64,000 nt of DNA. Origin: an uncultured Actinomycetes bacterium. Its GTDB lineage: Bacteria > Actinomycetota > UBA4738 > HRBIN12. Under the pieces are notes generated by a model. That model did not search any database. It was not told the DNA's origin and worked only from the letters and a program-made list of their open reading frames with translations. This document shows positions 47,843 to 58,104 of this stretch, piece by piece. Where the stretch lies: positions 91,543-155,542 of the forward strand of contig CAVXJC010000008.1 of assembly GCA_963762075.1 (NCBI GenBank), written 5' to 3'. The position numbers and the translations under genes were made by a program. Numbering within the stretch: the stretch's first letter is position 1; each line of letters begins with the position of its first letter.

Positions 47843-48713
47843 CGCCGCCGACGACCCGGGCGAGCTGCCCAGCGACGAGCTCCTGATCCTCGTGATCCTT
47901 CACGACCGCGCCGAGGGTGTCGGCGGCGAGGGGTTCGTTGAGCCCGTCGGCCCCGAGGAAGGCGAGCGCGTTCGCCCAGTCGATCGTCTCGGCCACCCCG
48001 GGCAACTTCGCCAGGTCGAGCTCGCGCAGACGCGCGACGGCCTCGGCGACATCGCGCGCGAGCGACTCGCTCACGTGCGGCGCTCGCGCTCGAACGATCG
48101 CGACCTCACGATCGAGCTGCGGATGGTCGATCCAGTGATACAAGCAGCGCCGCTTCAGCGCGTCGTGCAGCTCGCGTGTGCGGTTCGACGTGACGATCAC
48201 GGCCGGTGGGGTCTCGGCGGCCACCCGCCCGACCTCGGGCACCGTCACGGCGAACTCACTCAAGATCTCGAGCAGAAAGGCCTCGAACTCGTCGTCGGCA
48301 CGATCGAGCTCGTCGACGAGCAGCACGGCCCGGTCACCCGCGCGGATCGCCGCCAGCAGCGGCCGTTCGACGAGGAACTCCTCACCGAACAGATCCTCGA
48401 CATGGGTCGCCGCGTCTGCGGCGTCCATCGCGCGCACGGCGATCAGCTGACGGGAGTAGTTCCACTCGTACAGCGCCTGCGACGCGTCGATGCCCTCGTA
48501 GCACTGCAGCCGGATCAGGTCGCGACCGAGCAGCGTGGCGAGGGTCTTCGCCACCTCGGTCTTGCCGACGCCGGCCTCGCCCTCGAGCAGCAGGGGTTTG
48601 CCGAGCGAGAGCGAGAGGTAGATCGCGGTCGCGAGCCCACGGTCGGCAAGATAGGAATGCTCGCCGAGCGCCGACTGCAGTTCGTCGACCGATCCGAACG
48701 GGAAGCCGGGCAT
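47835..48713 (-). CDS. coxD: CoxD-like MoxR AAA+ ATPase
   Basis: LEGEAGVGKT, RLQCYEG, VDELDR, TSNRTRELHDALKRRC. Confidence 0.92.
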   Translation of the reverse strand: MPGFPFGSVDELQSALGEHSYLADRGLATAIYLSLSLGKPLLLEGEAGVGKTEVAKTLATLLGRDLIRLQCYEGIDASQALYEWNYSRQLIAVRAMDAADAATHVEDLFGEEFLVERPLLAAIRAGDRAVLLVDELDRADDEFEAFLLEILSEFAVTVPEVGRVAAETPPAVIVTSNRTRELHDALKRRCLYHWIDHPQLDREVAIVRARAPHVSESLARDVAEAVARLRELDLAKLPGVAETIDWANALAFLGADGLNEPLAADTLGAVVKDHEDQELVAGQLARVVGGDG

Positions 48714-48767
48714 GCGCCAAATCGTACCGGCGGCGCAGGGTTCCCACAGTCGGAAGTGAGCCTGCTC

Positions 48768-49643
48768 TCAGCCGCCGACGCCGTCGGCCGGGCCGGCGCC
48801 CGTCGTCGGAACGGGAACGCGGATGCCTCGCTCCGACAACCGTCGCTGGATTCGCTCGCGCAACAGGCGTTCCACGTCGAGCCGCTTGGAAGGCCGCGTC
48901 TCCGCGGTGATGCGCACTTCCTGGGCGATGTCGGCCATGCGCTCGATGCCGAGCACGCTCGGACCGTCACGGACCCAGTCCTGCAGCGAGCGATCGCGGC
49001 GCAGCTCGTCGAAGAGATCCTCGAGTACCTCGCGCACTTCGTTCACGTCCTGGTCATAGCCCACCCGGACGTCGACGATCGCTCGCGCCCAGCCTTTGGA
49101 CTTGTTGCTGACGACCTGGATGTTCCCGTTCGGCACGATGTGCAGCGTGCCGTCGAAGGCTCGAAGCGAGGTCACCCGAAGCGTCAATGCCTCGATCCGT
49201 CCGGACACGGGATTCGCGGTTGTCTGCATCTCGACGACGTCTCCGACGCCGAATTGGTTCTCGAGCAATATGAAGAACCCGGAGAGGGTGTCACGAACGA
49301 CGCTCTGCGCGCCGAACCCGAGCGCGACACCGACCACTCCGGCGCTCGCGAGCAACGGGGCGAGGTTCACACTGAGCTCATCGAGGATCATCAAGGCGGC
49401 GAGCGTCCAGATGACGACGATCGTCGTTGCCGAGAGGGCGTGGGTCAGGGTGGTCGCGCGTTGCAAGTTGACGACCTGTGTGACGCTGGGCGACCCCTCG
49501 AGCTTGCGCTGGAAACGTCGCACAAGCAGTCGCGCGATCAACGTGACCACGATCGCCACGATGAGGATCGCGAGGATCGGGATGCCGTGGGCGGACATCC
49601 ACTCCGCGAACGACAGGTTCCGGGCGTTGAGTCGCTCTTCCAT
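48768..49643 (-). CDS. mscS: Small-conductance mechanosensitive channel
   Basis: LLASAGVVGVALGFGAQ, ENQFGVGD, VPNG. Confidence 0.9.
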   Translation of the reverse strand: MEERLNARNLSFAEWMSAHGIPILAILIVAIVVTLIARLLVRRFQRKLEGSPSVTQVVNLQRATTLTHALSATTIVVIWTLAALMILDELSVNLAPLLASAGVVGVALGFGAQSVVRDTLSGFFILLENQFGVGDVVEMQTTANPVSGRIEALTLRVTSLRAFDGTLHIVPNGNIQVVSNKSKGWARAIVDVRVGYDQDVNEVREVLEDLFDELRRDRSLQDWVRDGPSVLGIERMADIAQEVRITAETRPSKRLDVERLLRERIQRRLSERGIRVPVPTTGAGPADGVGG

Positions 49644-49683
49644 CGCCCTATTCAATGTGGGCGGCCTCGGAGCGTCAAAGACT

Positions 49684-50937
49684 TCAGGAGTGACCAGGCG
49701 GGTTCGAGCGGTCGTCGAGTCCAGAACTGGGTGCGGAGAAGCTCGTCACGGGTCCGCCGAGCTCCATCAGCCGCCGCTCGACCAGGCGCCGCTCCGCGTC
49801 ATCGTGAACCAGCGTCAGGGCACGGTGGTAGGCCTCGCGAGCCTCTTCCGTTCGACCGAGACGGCGGAGCAGCTCGCCCCGCGTCGAGTGAAGGTAGCGG
49901 TAGTCCTCGAGAGCGAGCCGGTCGACGATCTCGAGCCCCGCCTCGGGACCATGCGCTTCGGCCACCGCAACCGCCCTGCTCAGCTCGACGATCGGCGAGG
50001 CGGTGAGCCGGGAAAGCTCGCCGTACAGGCCGGCGATCTGCGGCCAGTCGCGCGGCTCGTCGGCATGCAGTGACGCGATCGCCGCCTGCACCACGTAGGG
50101 ACCGTGGCCGTGCAGGGCGAGTGCTCGGTCGAGTACCGCCCGCCCGTCGGCGATCTGCTCCCGATCCCAGTGCGATCGATCCTGGTCGGCAAGCAGCACC
50201 AGTTCGCCGCTCCGGAACCGAGACCCACGGCGGGCATCGAGCAGCAGCATCATCGCAAGGAGACCGTGCACCTCCGACTGATCGGGCATCAGCTCGGCGA
50301 GGGCCCCGCCGAGCAGGAGTGCCTCGGCCGCCAGCTGACCCCGGGTGGGTGGAGCCGAGTACCCCTCGTTGAAGATCAGGTAGACGACGGCCAGCACTGC
50401 GTCGAGCCGATCGGGCAACAGGTGGTCGGGAGGCACGCGGAACGGGATGCCGGCGGCCTTGATCTTGCGTTTCGCCCGCACCAGCCGTTGTGCCATCGTC
50501 GGCTCGGGAACCAGGAACGCACGTGCGATCTCGCCCGTGGTGAGGCCGCCGAGCGTTCGTAGCGTGAGCGCGACCTGCGCCTCGACGGCGAGCGCCGGGT
50601 GGCAACAGGTGAAGACGAGCTCGAGGCGTTCATCAGGGAAGTGCGTCGAGCTCATCGCGTCCTCCGCAGCCTCGGGCACCCGGAGCAGGTGGTGCTTCGC
50701 CGCCAGGGTGCGATCGCGACGGATGCGATCGATCGCTCGGTTGCGTGCCGTGGTCACCAACCAGGTGCCTGGATGGTCGGGGACTCCGTCGCGCGGCCAG
50801 CGCTCGGCCGCGATCGTGAAGGCTTCCTGTGTGGCTTCCTCCGCGAGGTCGAAGTCACCCAGAGAGCCGATCAGGACCGCGAGCACACGTGCCCATCGCT
50901 CGCGGAAGACCTGCTCGAGCTCGAGCGTCGCTACCAC
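49684..50937 (-). CDS. ECF sigma factor with C-terminal extension (ECF42-type)
   Basis: [38 protein letters not shown]-like tail; next to a DGPF gene. Confidence 0.9.
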   Translation of the reverse strand: MVATLELEQVFRERWARVLAVLIGSLGDFDLAEEATQEAFTIAAERWPRDGVPDHPGTWLVTTARNRAIDRIRRDRTLAAKHHLLRVPEAAEDAMSSTHFPDERLELVFTCCHPALAVEAQVALTLRTLGGLTTGEIARAFLVPEPTMAQRLVRAKRKIKAAGIPFRVPPDHLLPDRLDAVLAVVYLIFNEGYSAPPTRGQLAAEALLLGGALAELMPDQSEVHGLLAMMLLLDARRGSRFRSGELVLLADQDRSHWDREQIADGRAVLDRALALHGHGPYVVQAAIASLHADEPRDWPQIAGLYGELSRLTASPIVELSRAVAVAEAHGPEAGLEIVDRLALEDYRYLHSTRGELLRRLGRTEEAREAYHRALTLVHDDAERRLVERRLMELGGPVTSFSAPSSGLDDRSNPPGHS

Positions 50938-51290
50938 TCCACGATCGGACGCACCTCGACCGCCCCGCCCATTCGGGCCGCCGGGACACGCGCCGCGAGC
51001 TCGATGGCGTCATCGAGGTCGCCTGCCTCGAACAGGAAGTAGCCGCCTATCGACTCCTTGATCTCGACGAACGGCCCGTCCGTGGTCAGCGCCTTGCCGT
51101 CCTGCACCCGCACGGTCGTCGCCGTCTCGGGGGCGTCCAGTTGCAGGCCCGGGGTGACGCCGGGCGTCTCGTTGATCGCTTGGTAGTCCGCGAACACCGC
51201 CTTCTGCTCGTCCTCCGGCAGGCTCGCCCACTCCTCGGGCGACCGCGGCGTCGGGGCGTCTCCCTGATGGATCAGCAGCATGTACTTCAT
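50931..51290 (-). CDS. YciI/DGPF family protein
   Basis: [22 protein letters not shown]. Confidence 0.93.
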   Translation of the reverse strand: MKYMLLIHQGDAPTPRSPEEWASLPEDEQKAVFADYQAINETPGVTPGLQLDAPETATTVRVQDGKALTTDGPFVEIKESIGGYFLFEAGDLDDAIELAARVPAARMGGAVEVRPIVEW

Positions 51291-51404
51291 CGCTTCCCCT
51301 TTCGGATCTCGGCGGTCCCCCTTGCGGGGACGGTCACCCATTGAGACGAACGGGAACGACGAAATCGACAGCCCGGAGCAAGAAGATCGCTTTCGACGAG
51401 GACG

Positions 51405-52226
51405 CTACGACAGAGCCTCCTCGAGGGCGCGACGCACGAGCACCTTGGAGAGTTCCTTGCGGTACTCGGCGCTCCCGAACGCGTCGGAGGGCGGGGTTGT
51501 GCCCTCATCGGCACGGGCCGCCGCCGCCGCCGGATCTGCCCCGCCGGCGAGCGCCTCCTCGACGCCCGAGGCGCGCAGCGGCGTCTCGCCCATGTTCGTC
51601 AGCGCCACCGCAGCGGAACCGTTCTGCTGCACGGCCGCTACTCCCACCATCGCCCAGTCGATCGCGCGACGGTTGAACTTCAGGTAGCTCCAGCCGCCGC
51701 TCGTCTTGGGCACACGAACCTCCGTGAGCACCTCGTTCTCGGCGAGGTCGGCCTGGAACAACCCTTTGAAGAAGTCGCCCGCCGCCACCGTTCGTGATGC
51801 GCCACCCGCCCCGTTGATCACGAGCTCGGCTCCCAAGGCAAGCATCACGGTACCCATGTCTCCGGCCGGGTCGGCGTGCGCGATCGATCCGCCGATCGTG
51901 CCCATGTGACGAACCTGCGGATCGCCGATACGGCCGGCCGCGTCGGCCACGATCGGCACCGACTGCTGCAGGACCTCGCTGTTCGCCACATCATGATGGC
52001 GAGCGAGCGCTCCGATCGCGATCACGTCGCCATCGTCGCGGATATGCGACAGGTCGGCGATGCGTGAGATGTCGACCAGCATTGACGGCTGGGCGAGCCG
52101 AGTCTTCATCAGCGGAAGCAGCGAGTGTCCGCCCGCCAGGATCTTGGCATCGTCCGAGCCGCTCAGCAGCTCGATCGCGTGCTCGATCGACTCGGCTCGT
52201 GCGTACTCGAACGAAGCCGGGATCAT
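51405..52226 (-). CDS. coxM: CoxM/CutM-like FAD subunit
   Basis: AGGHSLLP, IGDPQVRHMGTIGGS, ADPAGD. Confidence 0.9.
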   Translation of the reverse strand: MIPASFEYARAESIEHAIELLSGSDDAKILAGGHSLLPLMKTRLAQPSMLVDISRIADLSHIRDDGDVIAIGALARHHDVANSEVLQQSVPIVADAAGRIGDPQVRHMGTIGGSIAHADPAGDMGTVMLALGAELVINGAGGASRTVAAGDFFKGLFQADLAENEVLTEVRVPKTSGGWSYLKFNRRAIDWAMVGVAAVQQNGSAAVALTNMGETPLRASGVEEALAGGADPAAAAARADEGTTPPSDAFGSAEYRKELSKVLVRRALEEALS

Positions 52227-54652
52227 GATGCCTCCCCCTTCTCGAGACGTGCGGCCGAGCCGAGGCCTCCACCTGCGCCCGGGAGGTCGCCTTCGGGTCG
52301 CCCCTCCACACGCCCGTCGCGGATGGCCCGCCACACGCGCTCGGGCGTGGCGGGCTTGCCGACGTCTTCGACGCCCAGGTGGCTCACCGCGTCGACGACC
52401 GCGTTGATCACCGCCGGCGGCGAGGCGATCGTGCCGGCTTCCCCGATGCCTTTCACCCCGAGTGGGTTCGTCGTGCTCGGGGTCTGCTGGCTGTTGTCGG
52501 TGATCATGGTCGGGATCTCCATCGCGGTCGGGATGCCGTAGCTCGCCATCGACGATGTGACGAGGTTGCCGGTCTGGTCGTAGACCGCTTCCTCGTGCAG
52601 CGCCTCGGCGACGCCCTGCGCCACGCCGCCGTGCACCTGGCCTTCGACGATCATCGGGTTGATCACCGTGCCGCAGTCGTCGACCGCTACGTACTTCACG
52701 ATGTCGGTCGCTCCGGTCTCGGTGTCGACCTCGACCACGCAGATGTGTGCGCCTGCCGGCCACGTGAAGTTGGGCGGGTCGTAGATCGCGGTGGCGCCGA
52801 GATGCGGTTCGGTGCCTGCGGGAAGGTCGTGCGCGTGCCACGCGCTGACCGCGAGGTCGGGGATGGTGCGCGCCTTGTCGGGCGCACCGTGCACCCGGTA
52901 CGAGCCGTCTGCCCACTCGAGGTCGTCCTCGCTCACCTCGAGCTCGTGCGCAGCGATCGTGCGAGCCTTCTCCTTGATCTTCTCCATCGCGAAGTGCAAG
53001 GCAACGCCACCGACGCTCAGCGAACGCGAGCCGTACGTGTCCATGCCAAGGGGTGTGATCATCGTGTCGCCGTGGAGCACCTCGATGGCGTCGACGTCGA
53101 CCCCGAGCCCGTCTGCCACGATCTGTGACCAGCTCGTCTCGTGTCCCTGTCCGTGCGGTGAGGTGCCGGTCTTGACGATCACCTGGCCGCTCGGCAGGCA
53201 CTCGATCGTGGCGCCGTCCCAGCCTCCGGCCGCGTATCGCAACGCTCCGAGGATGTTCGACGGCGCCAGCCCGCACATCTCGATGTAGGTGCTGAGGCCG
53301 ATGCCGAGCTGCTTCGCGTCGCCTCGGTCGCGACGGGCCTGCTGTTCCTTTCGGAGCTGGTCGTAGTCGACGAGCTCGAGGGCCTTGTCGAGCAAAGGCT
53401 CGTAGTTGCCGCTGTCGACGTTCAGACCACAGATCGACGTCGTGGCCTCGTCGAACGGTTCGTGGAAGTTCATGCGACGCACGTCTGCCGGATCCTTGCC
53501 GATACGCCGCGCATAGGAGTCGACGAGCCGCTCGAGCACGAAGGTCGCTTCGGGCCTGCCCGCACCCCGGTACGCATCGGTGGGGGTCGCGTTCGTGACG
53601 ATCCCCCTGAACTCGTACCAATAGGCTTCCGGCTTGTACGGACCCATGTACACCCATCCGCCGAGCTCAGGGATGCCGGGCGTGAGCAGCTGGAAGTATG
53701 CCCCCATGTCGGCGAGCTCCACGAACTTCAGGCCGAGGATCTTGCCGTCGTCGGTGCCGGCAAGCGTGCAGTCGTGCGCGACTCCTCGGCCGTGGATCGT
53801 GGCGACGTAGTTCTCCTGGCGGCCCTCGATCCACTTGACGGGGCGGCCGGTCCGCTTCGCGAGCGCGAGTGCCAGGGCCTCTTCGGCGTAGACGTTGAGT
53901 TTCGAGCCGAACCCGCCGCCCACGTCGGGGGCGATGACCCGGAACTTCGACTCGGAGATGCCGACGACCCCGCAGAGGGTGACCTTCACGATGTGCGGGA
54001 TCTGCGTGGCGCTCACGAGGGTCCATTCGTCCATCGCCGACACGCCGTAGGCCAAGCAGCCGCGAGGCTCGATCGCGTTCGGGATCAGGCGAGGCTGCTC
54101 GTAGGTCTCCTCGACGATCACCGAAGCGGAGTCGAAGACCGACTGATCGCCGCCGCCGCCGTGGGACCAATGCACGACGACGTTCGTGCCGAGGTCGTCG
54201 TGGATCACGGTTTCGTCCTTCATCGCTTCGCGCATGTCGGTGACGGCGGCGAGCTCGGTAGCGCTCACCGTGACCGCCTCGGCGGCGTCCTCGGCCTGCT
54301 GGCGCGTCTCCGCGAGCACGACCGCGACGCCATCGCCGGCGAAGCGGATCTTGTCGGTCGCCAGAGGGAAGTGCACGGGCACCTTGATGTCCTCGGTGAT
54401 CGGCCACACGAACGGCAGTGCGCCGAGGCCCAGATCGGCGCCTGTGTAGACGCCGATCACGCCGGGCATCGCCGCTGCGGCCGAGGTGTCGATCGAGTCG
54501 ATCGAGGCATGCACGTACGGGGGGCGCACGACGGACATGAACGCCATGCCCGGCATGGTGAAGTTGTCGATGTAGCGAGCTTGCCCAGTCAGCAGGTCGC
54601 CGTCTTCCTTACGAAGGACCGCGCGGCCGACGAAGTTCTCGGTAGCAACCAT
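52223..54652 (-). CDS. coxL: Molybdopterin hydroxylase large subunit, form II CoxL-like
   Basis: DVGGGFGSK, AYRGAGRPE, HGQGHET, GVKGIGE. Confidence 0.88.
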   Translation of the reverse strand: MVATENFVGRAVLRKEDGDLLTGQARYIDNFTMPGMAFMSVVRPPYVHASIDSIDTSAAAAMPGVIGVYTGADLGLGALPFVWPITEDIKVPVHFPLATDKIRFAGDGVAVVLAETRQQAEDAAEAVTVSATELAAVTDMREAMKDETVIHDDLGTNVVVHWSHGGGGDQSVFDSASVIVEETYEQPRLIPNAIEPRGCLAYGVSAMDEWTLVSATQIPHIVKVTLCGVVGISESKFRVIAPDVGGGFGSKLNVYAEEALALALAKRTGRPVKWIEGRQENYVATIHGRGVAHDCTLAGTDDGKILGLKFVELADMGAYFQLLTPGIPELGGWVYMGPYKPEAYWYEFRGIVTNATPTDAYRGAGRPEATFVLERLVDSYARRIGKDPADVRRMNFHEPFDEATTSICGLNVDSGNYEPLLDKALELVDYDQLRKEQQARRDRGDAKQLGIGLSTYIEMCGLAPSNILGALRYAAGGWDGATIECLPSGQVIVKTGTSPHGQGHETSWSQIVADGLGVDVDAIEVLHGDTMITPLGMDTYGSRSLSVGGVALHFAMEKIKEKARTIAAHELEVSEDDLEWADGSYRVHGAPDKARTIPDLAVSAWHAHDLPAGTEPHLGATAIYDPPNFTWPAGAHICVVEVDTETGATDIVKYVAVDDCGTVINPMIVEGQVHGGVAQGVAEALHEEAVYDQTGNLVTSSMASYGIPTAMEIPTMITDNSQQTPSTTNPLGVKGIGEAGTIASPPAVINAVVDAVSHLGVEDVGKPATPERVWRAIRDGRVEGRPEGDLPGAGGGLGSAARLEKGEAS

Positions 54653-54661
54653 GCCGTCCTC

Positions 54662-55138
54662 CTAGACGTTCGCGCCGCTCATCGAGCCCGCGGCGTCGAG
54701 GATCGACTTGACGATGTTCTGGTAGCCCGTGCACCGGCAGAGGTTGCCCTCGATCGACTCGCGGACCTCCTCCTCGGTCGGCGACGGGTTCTCCTTCAGG
54801 TAACTGGCCGCCGCCATCACCATGCCAGGCGTGCAATAGCCACACTGCAGACCGTGGTTGCGATGGAAGGCATCCTGGATCGGGTGCAGGGTATCGCCGT
54901 CGGCCATCGCCTCGATCGTGGTGATCTCGCGGCCGTCCGCCTGCGCCGTGAGCAAGGTGCACGACTTCACCGATTCGCCGTCGACGAGCACGGTGCACGA
55001 ACCACAGGTCGAGGTGTCGCACCCCACGCTGGTCCCGGTGAGCCCGAGGTGTTCCCTCAGGAAGTAGACGAGGAGCGTGCGTGGCTCGACATCGGCCTCG
55101 CGCGACTGCCCGTTCACGGTCACGGTCACGTTCGTCAC
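54662..55138 (-). CDS. coxS: CoxS-like 2Fe-2S subunit
   Basis: [29 protein letters not shown]. Confidence 0.92.
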   Translation of the reverse strand: MTNVTVTVNGQSREADVEPRTLLVYFLREHLGLTGTSVGCDTSTCGSCTVLVDGESVKSCTLLTAQADGREITTIEAMADGDTLHPIQDAFHRNHGLQCGYCTPGMVMAAASYLKENPSPTEEEVRESIEGNLCRCTGYQNIVKSILDAAGSMSGANV

Positions 55139-55248
55139 GGACGGATCCCCCTTCCGGCGGCGATGCCTGCGTTCGGAGCTCGACCCTGGCCGGAGTGTAT
55201 GGGAACTGTGGAAAACGCGCGAACCGAGAGAGGGGTCCGGGAGGCGGC

Positions 55249-56178
55249 TCAGGATGCCGAATCGACCGCGGCCGCCACCACCTGCATCACGATCCGGCCG
55301 TGCTCTCCGCTGGGTTGTGGTTGCCGCCCCGCCTCGATCGCATCGAGGAACTCCGCCATCTGCGCTGTGTACATGGGTTGCGCGCAGTGCTCGTAGTTCT
55401 CGCTCGGTTCTTCCCTCGGAAAGATCCGCGCGTATCCTGCGGTGCCGTACACCTCGGTGTCGGCCTCCATGCCCTCCTTGTGGGGATGCCACCATCCGCT
55501 CTCGACGATCGAGCTCGTGCCTTGAGCCCACGAGATCAAGAGGATGGCCTCATCGTCGACGGCGTAGTCGCCGTACCGCGTGCTGATCGTTGCGCACACG
55601 CTCGTGAGATCCGGATCTCCGAGCAGGAACCGCGCTGTGTCGATCGCATGCACGCCCATGTCGACCAACGCCCCCCCGCCCGAGAGCACCGGGTCGGTGA
55701 ACCAACCGCTCGGGCCCCAGTTCGCGTGGACGCCGTACCCTCTCGTCTTCACGACCTGACCGAGATCGCCCGCCCGGATCCGACCGCGGAGCGCGATCAC
55801 CTCCTCTCGGAACCGCCAGCAGTGGGCCACCATCAGCGACGCGCCGGAGGTGCGCGCAGCATCGATCATCGCGTCGCATTCGGCGACGGACACCGCCATC
55901 GGCTTCTCCACGAGCACGTGCTTCCCGGCCTCGAGCAAGGCGATCGACTGCGGAGCATGCAGAGCGTTCGGGGTCGCGACGACGGCTGCGTCGATTGCCT
56001 CGTCGCGTGCGAGCGAGCGCCAGTCGGTGGTGACGCGGGCGATACCGTGCCGCTCGGCGAACACGGCCGCGCTCTCCTCGCGGTGGTTGGCGACTGCCAC
56101 CAACTCGTGGCCCCTCGCGAGCACGCCGCGGGCGTGGAAGTCCGCCACCCAACCGCATCCGAACAGGGCCACTCTCAT
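55249..56178 (-). CDS. Gfo/Idh/MocA oxidoreductase
   Basis: [30 protein letters not shown]. Confidence 0.92.
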   Translation of the reverse strand: MRVALFGCGWVADFHARGVLARGHELVAVANHREESAAVFAERHGIARVTTDWRSLARDEAIDAAVVATPNALHAPQSIALLEAGKHVLVEKPMAVSVAECDAMIDAARTSGASLMVAHCWRFREEVIALRGRIRAGDLGQVVKTRGYGVHANWGPSGWFTDPVLSGGGALVDMGVHAIDTARFLLGDPDLTSVCATISTRYGDYAVDDEAILLISWAQGTSSIVESGWWHPHKEGMEADTEVYGTAGYARIFPREEPSENYEHCAQPMYTAQMAEFLDAIEAGRQPQPSGEHGRIVMQVVAAAVDSAS

Positions 56179-56204
56179 CGACGTCTCCGATCGGCGCTCG
56201 ACAC

Positions 56205-57110
56205 CTAGCCCTTGACGCCGGTGAGGGTGACGCCCTCGATGAACACCCGTTGCGCGAGGAAGAACAGCACGATCACGGGCAGCATGAACAGCACCGACGC
56301 GGCCAGCATGAGGTTGTACTCGACCTGATGGAGCCCTCGGAACTCGTTCAACCCGATCGCGAGCGTCCACAGGTTCGGGTTGTCGCTCAAGAACAGCAGC
56401 GGTGCGAAGAAGTCGTTCCACGAGTACAGGAACTGGAACAACGCCACCGCAGCGATCGCTGGCTTGGCGAGCGGCACGATCACGCGCGTCATGATCTGCC
56501 ACTCACTTCCCCCGTCGACCCTCGCGGCGTCTGAAAGCTCATCGGGGATCGTCATGAAGAACTGCCGAAGCAGGAAGATCGAGAACGCATCGCCGAAGAA
56601 CAGCGGCACGATCAACGGCTTGAACGAAGGGATCCACCCGTACCGTGCGAAGACGACGTACAGGGGCACGATCGTGACCTGGTAGGGCAACATGATCGTC
56701 GCGAGGATCACGACGAAGGCTGCATGCCGGCCACGCCATCGCATGCGTGCCAGCGCGTAGGCGACCGGAATGCTCGAGACCAACACACCGACTGTCGACA
56801 GCACAGCGATCGTCATCGTGTTGAACGCATAGCGGAACACGGGCAACCGTTCGAACACCTCGGTGTAGTTGGTCCATCGGAACGGCCTCGGCCAGAGCTC
56901 CGTGGTCAGCGCTTGGTCGGTGGTCATGAGCGAGGTCAACACCACGAAGAGGAACGGCAAGGTGAACATGGCCGAGACCACGATCAGCATGGTGTGATTG
57001 GCGACCGCCATGAGGAAGCGGCGCCGACGAACCTCGAGCGGCGCCGGCCTCGGTGCGAGCGAGGCAACGACATTCGCGGAACGTGCGATCGTGGTTGTTC
57101 GGGCAGTTAT
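56205..57110 (-). CDS. Carbohydrate ABC permease
   Basis: LRQFFMTIPDELSDAARVDG (EAA loop), WNDFF; start either ATA 57110 or ATG 57011. Confidence 0.9.
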   Translation of the reverse strand: MTARTTTIARSANVVASLAPRPAPLEVRRRRFLMAVANHTMLIVVSAMFTLPFLFVVLTSLMTTDQALTTELWPRPFRWTNYTEVFERLPVFRYAFNTMTIAVLSTVGVLVSSIPVAYALARMRWRGRHAAFVVILATIMLPYQVTIVPLYVVFARYGWIPSFKPLIVPLFFGDAFSIFLLRQFFMTIPDELSDAARVDGGSEWQIMTRVIVPLAKPAIAAVALFQFLYSWNDFFAPLLFLSDNPNLWTLAIGLNEFRGLHQVEYNLMLAASVLFMLPVIVLFFLAQRVFIEGVTLTGVKG

Positions 57111-58096
57111 CGAAGCCCACCTCCATAGTGCACCCAACGCTTGGAGTTCCTCAAGATCACCAACGTGCAGACCATCGTCACCGCGAGAAGCACCCAGGCC
57201 AGCGCCGAGGCGTACCCCATCTTGAAGTTCTGGAAGCCCATCTGATAGAGGCGCGACGTGAAGAAGAGCAGCGAGTTCTGCGGGTGGCCGATCTGGGCGG
57301 CGTCGCCACCGGTGAGCCAGAAGCTGATCACGTACGGCTGCGTGAAGTACTGGAACCCGTAGATCACACCGATCACGAGCGAGAAGAAGATGACCGGAGA
57401 GATCAATGGCAGGGTCACCGATCGGAACTGTTGCCAGCCCGTGGCTCCCTCGATCTGCGCAGCCTCGTAGAGCTGTCTCGGAACATCCAGCATGCCGGCA
57501 AGGAAGATGATCATCGCGTCGCCCACGCCCCACAGGATCAGCAACACGAGCGTTGGCTTCGACCATTGCGCGTCGTACAGCCACAGGGGCGGTTCCTTGA
57601 TGCCGATCGCCCCGAGCAACTGGTTCACCGGTCCGGTCGCGGGGTTGAACAGGTAGAGGAACGCGAGCGCGGCGGCGACCGCGGGAGCCAGCGTCGGTAC
57701 GAAGAACAAGGTGCGATAGACCTTGACGCCACTCTTGGGACGCACGAGGAGCGACGCCGTGACGATCGCCGCAAGGATGCGCAGGGGCACGCCGACCACG
57801 ATGATCCAGGCGGTGTTCTTGATCGCCGTCCAGAACACAGGGTCCTTCGTGAACATGAATCGATAGTTCTCGATGCCGATCCACCGCGGGGTCGACAGCA
57901 GGTCATAGCTCGTGAACGAGAAGTACAGGCTCGAGATCATCGGATACAGCGTGAACGCGAGGAAGCCGACGATCCACGGCGACAAGAACAGCAGCACCGT
58001 GAGGTGACGCTTCCTCGCCTGGCGCCGCCGAGCGGGGGACGCTCGCCGCGTCCCCCGCTCGGCCGCCGTCTGCGTCGCCGTCGCCTGAGCCGTGAT
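57107..58096 (-). CDS. Carbohydrate ABC permease
   Basis: LSPWIVGF, LYEAAQIEGA, YASALAW; start either ATC 58096 or GTG 57997. Confidence 0.9.
   Translation of the reverse strand: MTAQATATQTAAERGTRRASPARRRQARKRHLTVLLFLSPWIVGFLAFTLYPMISSLYFSFTSYDLLSTPRWIGIENYRFMFTKDPVFWTAIKNTAWIIVVGVPLRILAAIVTASLLVRPKSGVKVYRTLFFVPTLAPAVAAALAFLYLFNPATGPVNQLLGAIGIKEPPLWLYDAQWSKPTLVLLILWGVGDAMIIFLAGMLDVPRQLYEAAQIEGATGWQQFRSVTLPLISPVIFFSLVIGVIYGFQYFTQPYVISFWLTGGDAAQIGHPQNSLLFFTSRLYQMGFQNFKMGYASALAWVLLAVTMVCTLVILRNSKRWVHYGGGLR
58027..58063. repeat. Perfect 16-bp inverted repeat just downstream of the binding-protein gene
   Basis: GCCGAGCGGGGGACGC-TCGCC-GCGTCCCCCGCTCGGC. Confidence 0.85.
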
Positions 58097-58104
58097 GGTG
58101 CTCC

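Noticed and set aside
52223-54652. True (form I) aerobic CO dehydrogenase
   Set aside because: Active-site loop is AYRGAGR rather than AYXCSFR, and the gene order is S-L-M
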